64,000 nucleotides of DNA from Sphagnum compactum (taxonomy: Eukaryota). The notes beneath the pieces were generated by a model, which was given only the letters and a program-made list of their open reading frames with translations, searched no databases and was not told the DNA's origin. A program made the position numbers and the translations under genes. Below are positions 63,101-64,000 of the stretch, piece by piece; position 1 is the first letter of the stretch; each line of letters starts with the position of its first letter. Location of the stretch: the NCBI GenBank assembly GCA_965153455.1, contig OZ234494.1:12090001-12154000 (forward strand), in the 5' to 3' direction.

Positions 63101-64000
63101 TTATGATGGTTCATGTACCTTTGGTGGTGTTCTATGGCGAGATGAATTACATCCGCCACAATCAATTTTATGGTTCCAAACAACCTAAATCACAATTAAA
63201 AAATTAGTTTTAGACTTGAAACTTTTAATTGAATTTTAACTAATGGAAGGATTTGAAAACATATACCATTCACGAATCATTTTCAATGCATGGAAATCAA
63301 AGATTATTTACATATCTTCAACTTGAGTGGACTAATTGCTACACTCCCACTCCCACAAGGTAGCATTCCATGCGACCTTGGCTTTTTTAACATAAGAGAA
63401 TTTGCATTGAAAAAGGGTGTTAGCAAGAACCTCATCTTTTTCAATCCCTCTTTTGCCTTACTTGTCCTACTGCCTCACCCCCTCTTCCTTTTTTTCTACC
63501 CTTCTCCTTCTTTCCTTCTTTATGCTTGTCTTACTACCCCTCTCTTTCTTTCTCTCTGTTTGCCCTGCATATCACACACACACTTTTTTTCTTTCCCTAT
63601 TTTTTGTCATGTTGCCACACACACTTTTTCTTTCACTCTTTCCCTTTTTTGTTTTGCTTGTCCTACCACACATTCATAGAATCTCCCTCTCTTTTTTTAA
63701 CCCCTTTTTCTTTTTCTATCTCACTACCACACATATTTTCTTCCCTTTTTACATCTTGCTACCCTACATATCCCCACAAATGCACACTCTCCCACTTTCC
63801 TTCTTTCTATCCCGTTCCCTTTTTTTTCATGTTGCCACACACACACCCATCTTCCCTCTTTCACAAACACTAAATTTTAAAAAAAATTATAAAAAAGACC
63901 TTACTTGGTGTGTGTGAAAAAACTATTTCTGGAAGAAGAATAAGAAAGTGTTTGGAAGAAGGGAATTGAGAGGCATTTTTCTTCACATTGCTAGAAAAAA

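Overview
AT-rich eukaryotic genomic DNA from a land plant. A captured flagellar CFAP57 fragment and the repeat content point to a bryophyte, probably Sphagnum (inference). Positions 1-13.5 kb and 53-57 kb are mostly degenerate repeats. There is one intact four-exon F-box/LRR gene (14077-17021, minus), two solo LTRs with 5-bp TSDs, a decayed RLE-type non-LTR retrotransposon, MITEs and a decayed gene-like region (57.5-60.6 kb). The centrepiece is a 23.2-kb Helitron complex (29827-53056). It is a head-to-tail array of about nine minus-strand units, including one intact 1611-aa intronless RepHel ORF and one disabled sister copy, nested inside the 5' end of an oppositely oriented Helitron. The whole complex has outward-facing CTAG 3' ends and is flanked by a 7-bp direct repeat (TATGACA), although Helitrons canonically make no target duplication. 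It carries captured host exons: CFAP57, an alpha/beta-hydrolase, an LRR N-terminus, Gly-rich repeats, and an adenylate kinase P-loop exon that forms a uORF whose stop overlaps the RepHel ATG. All protein family calls are by-eye motif recognition; no database search was run.
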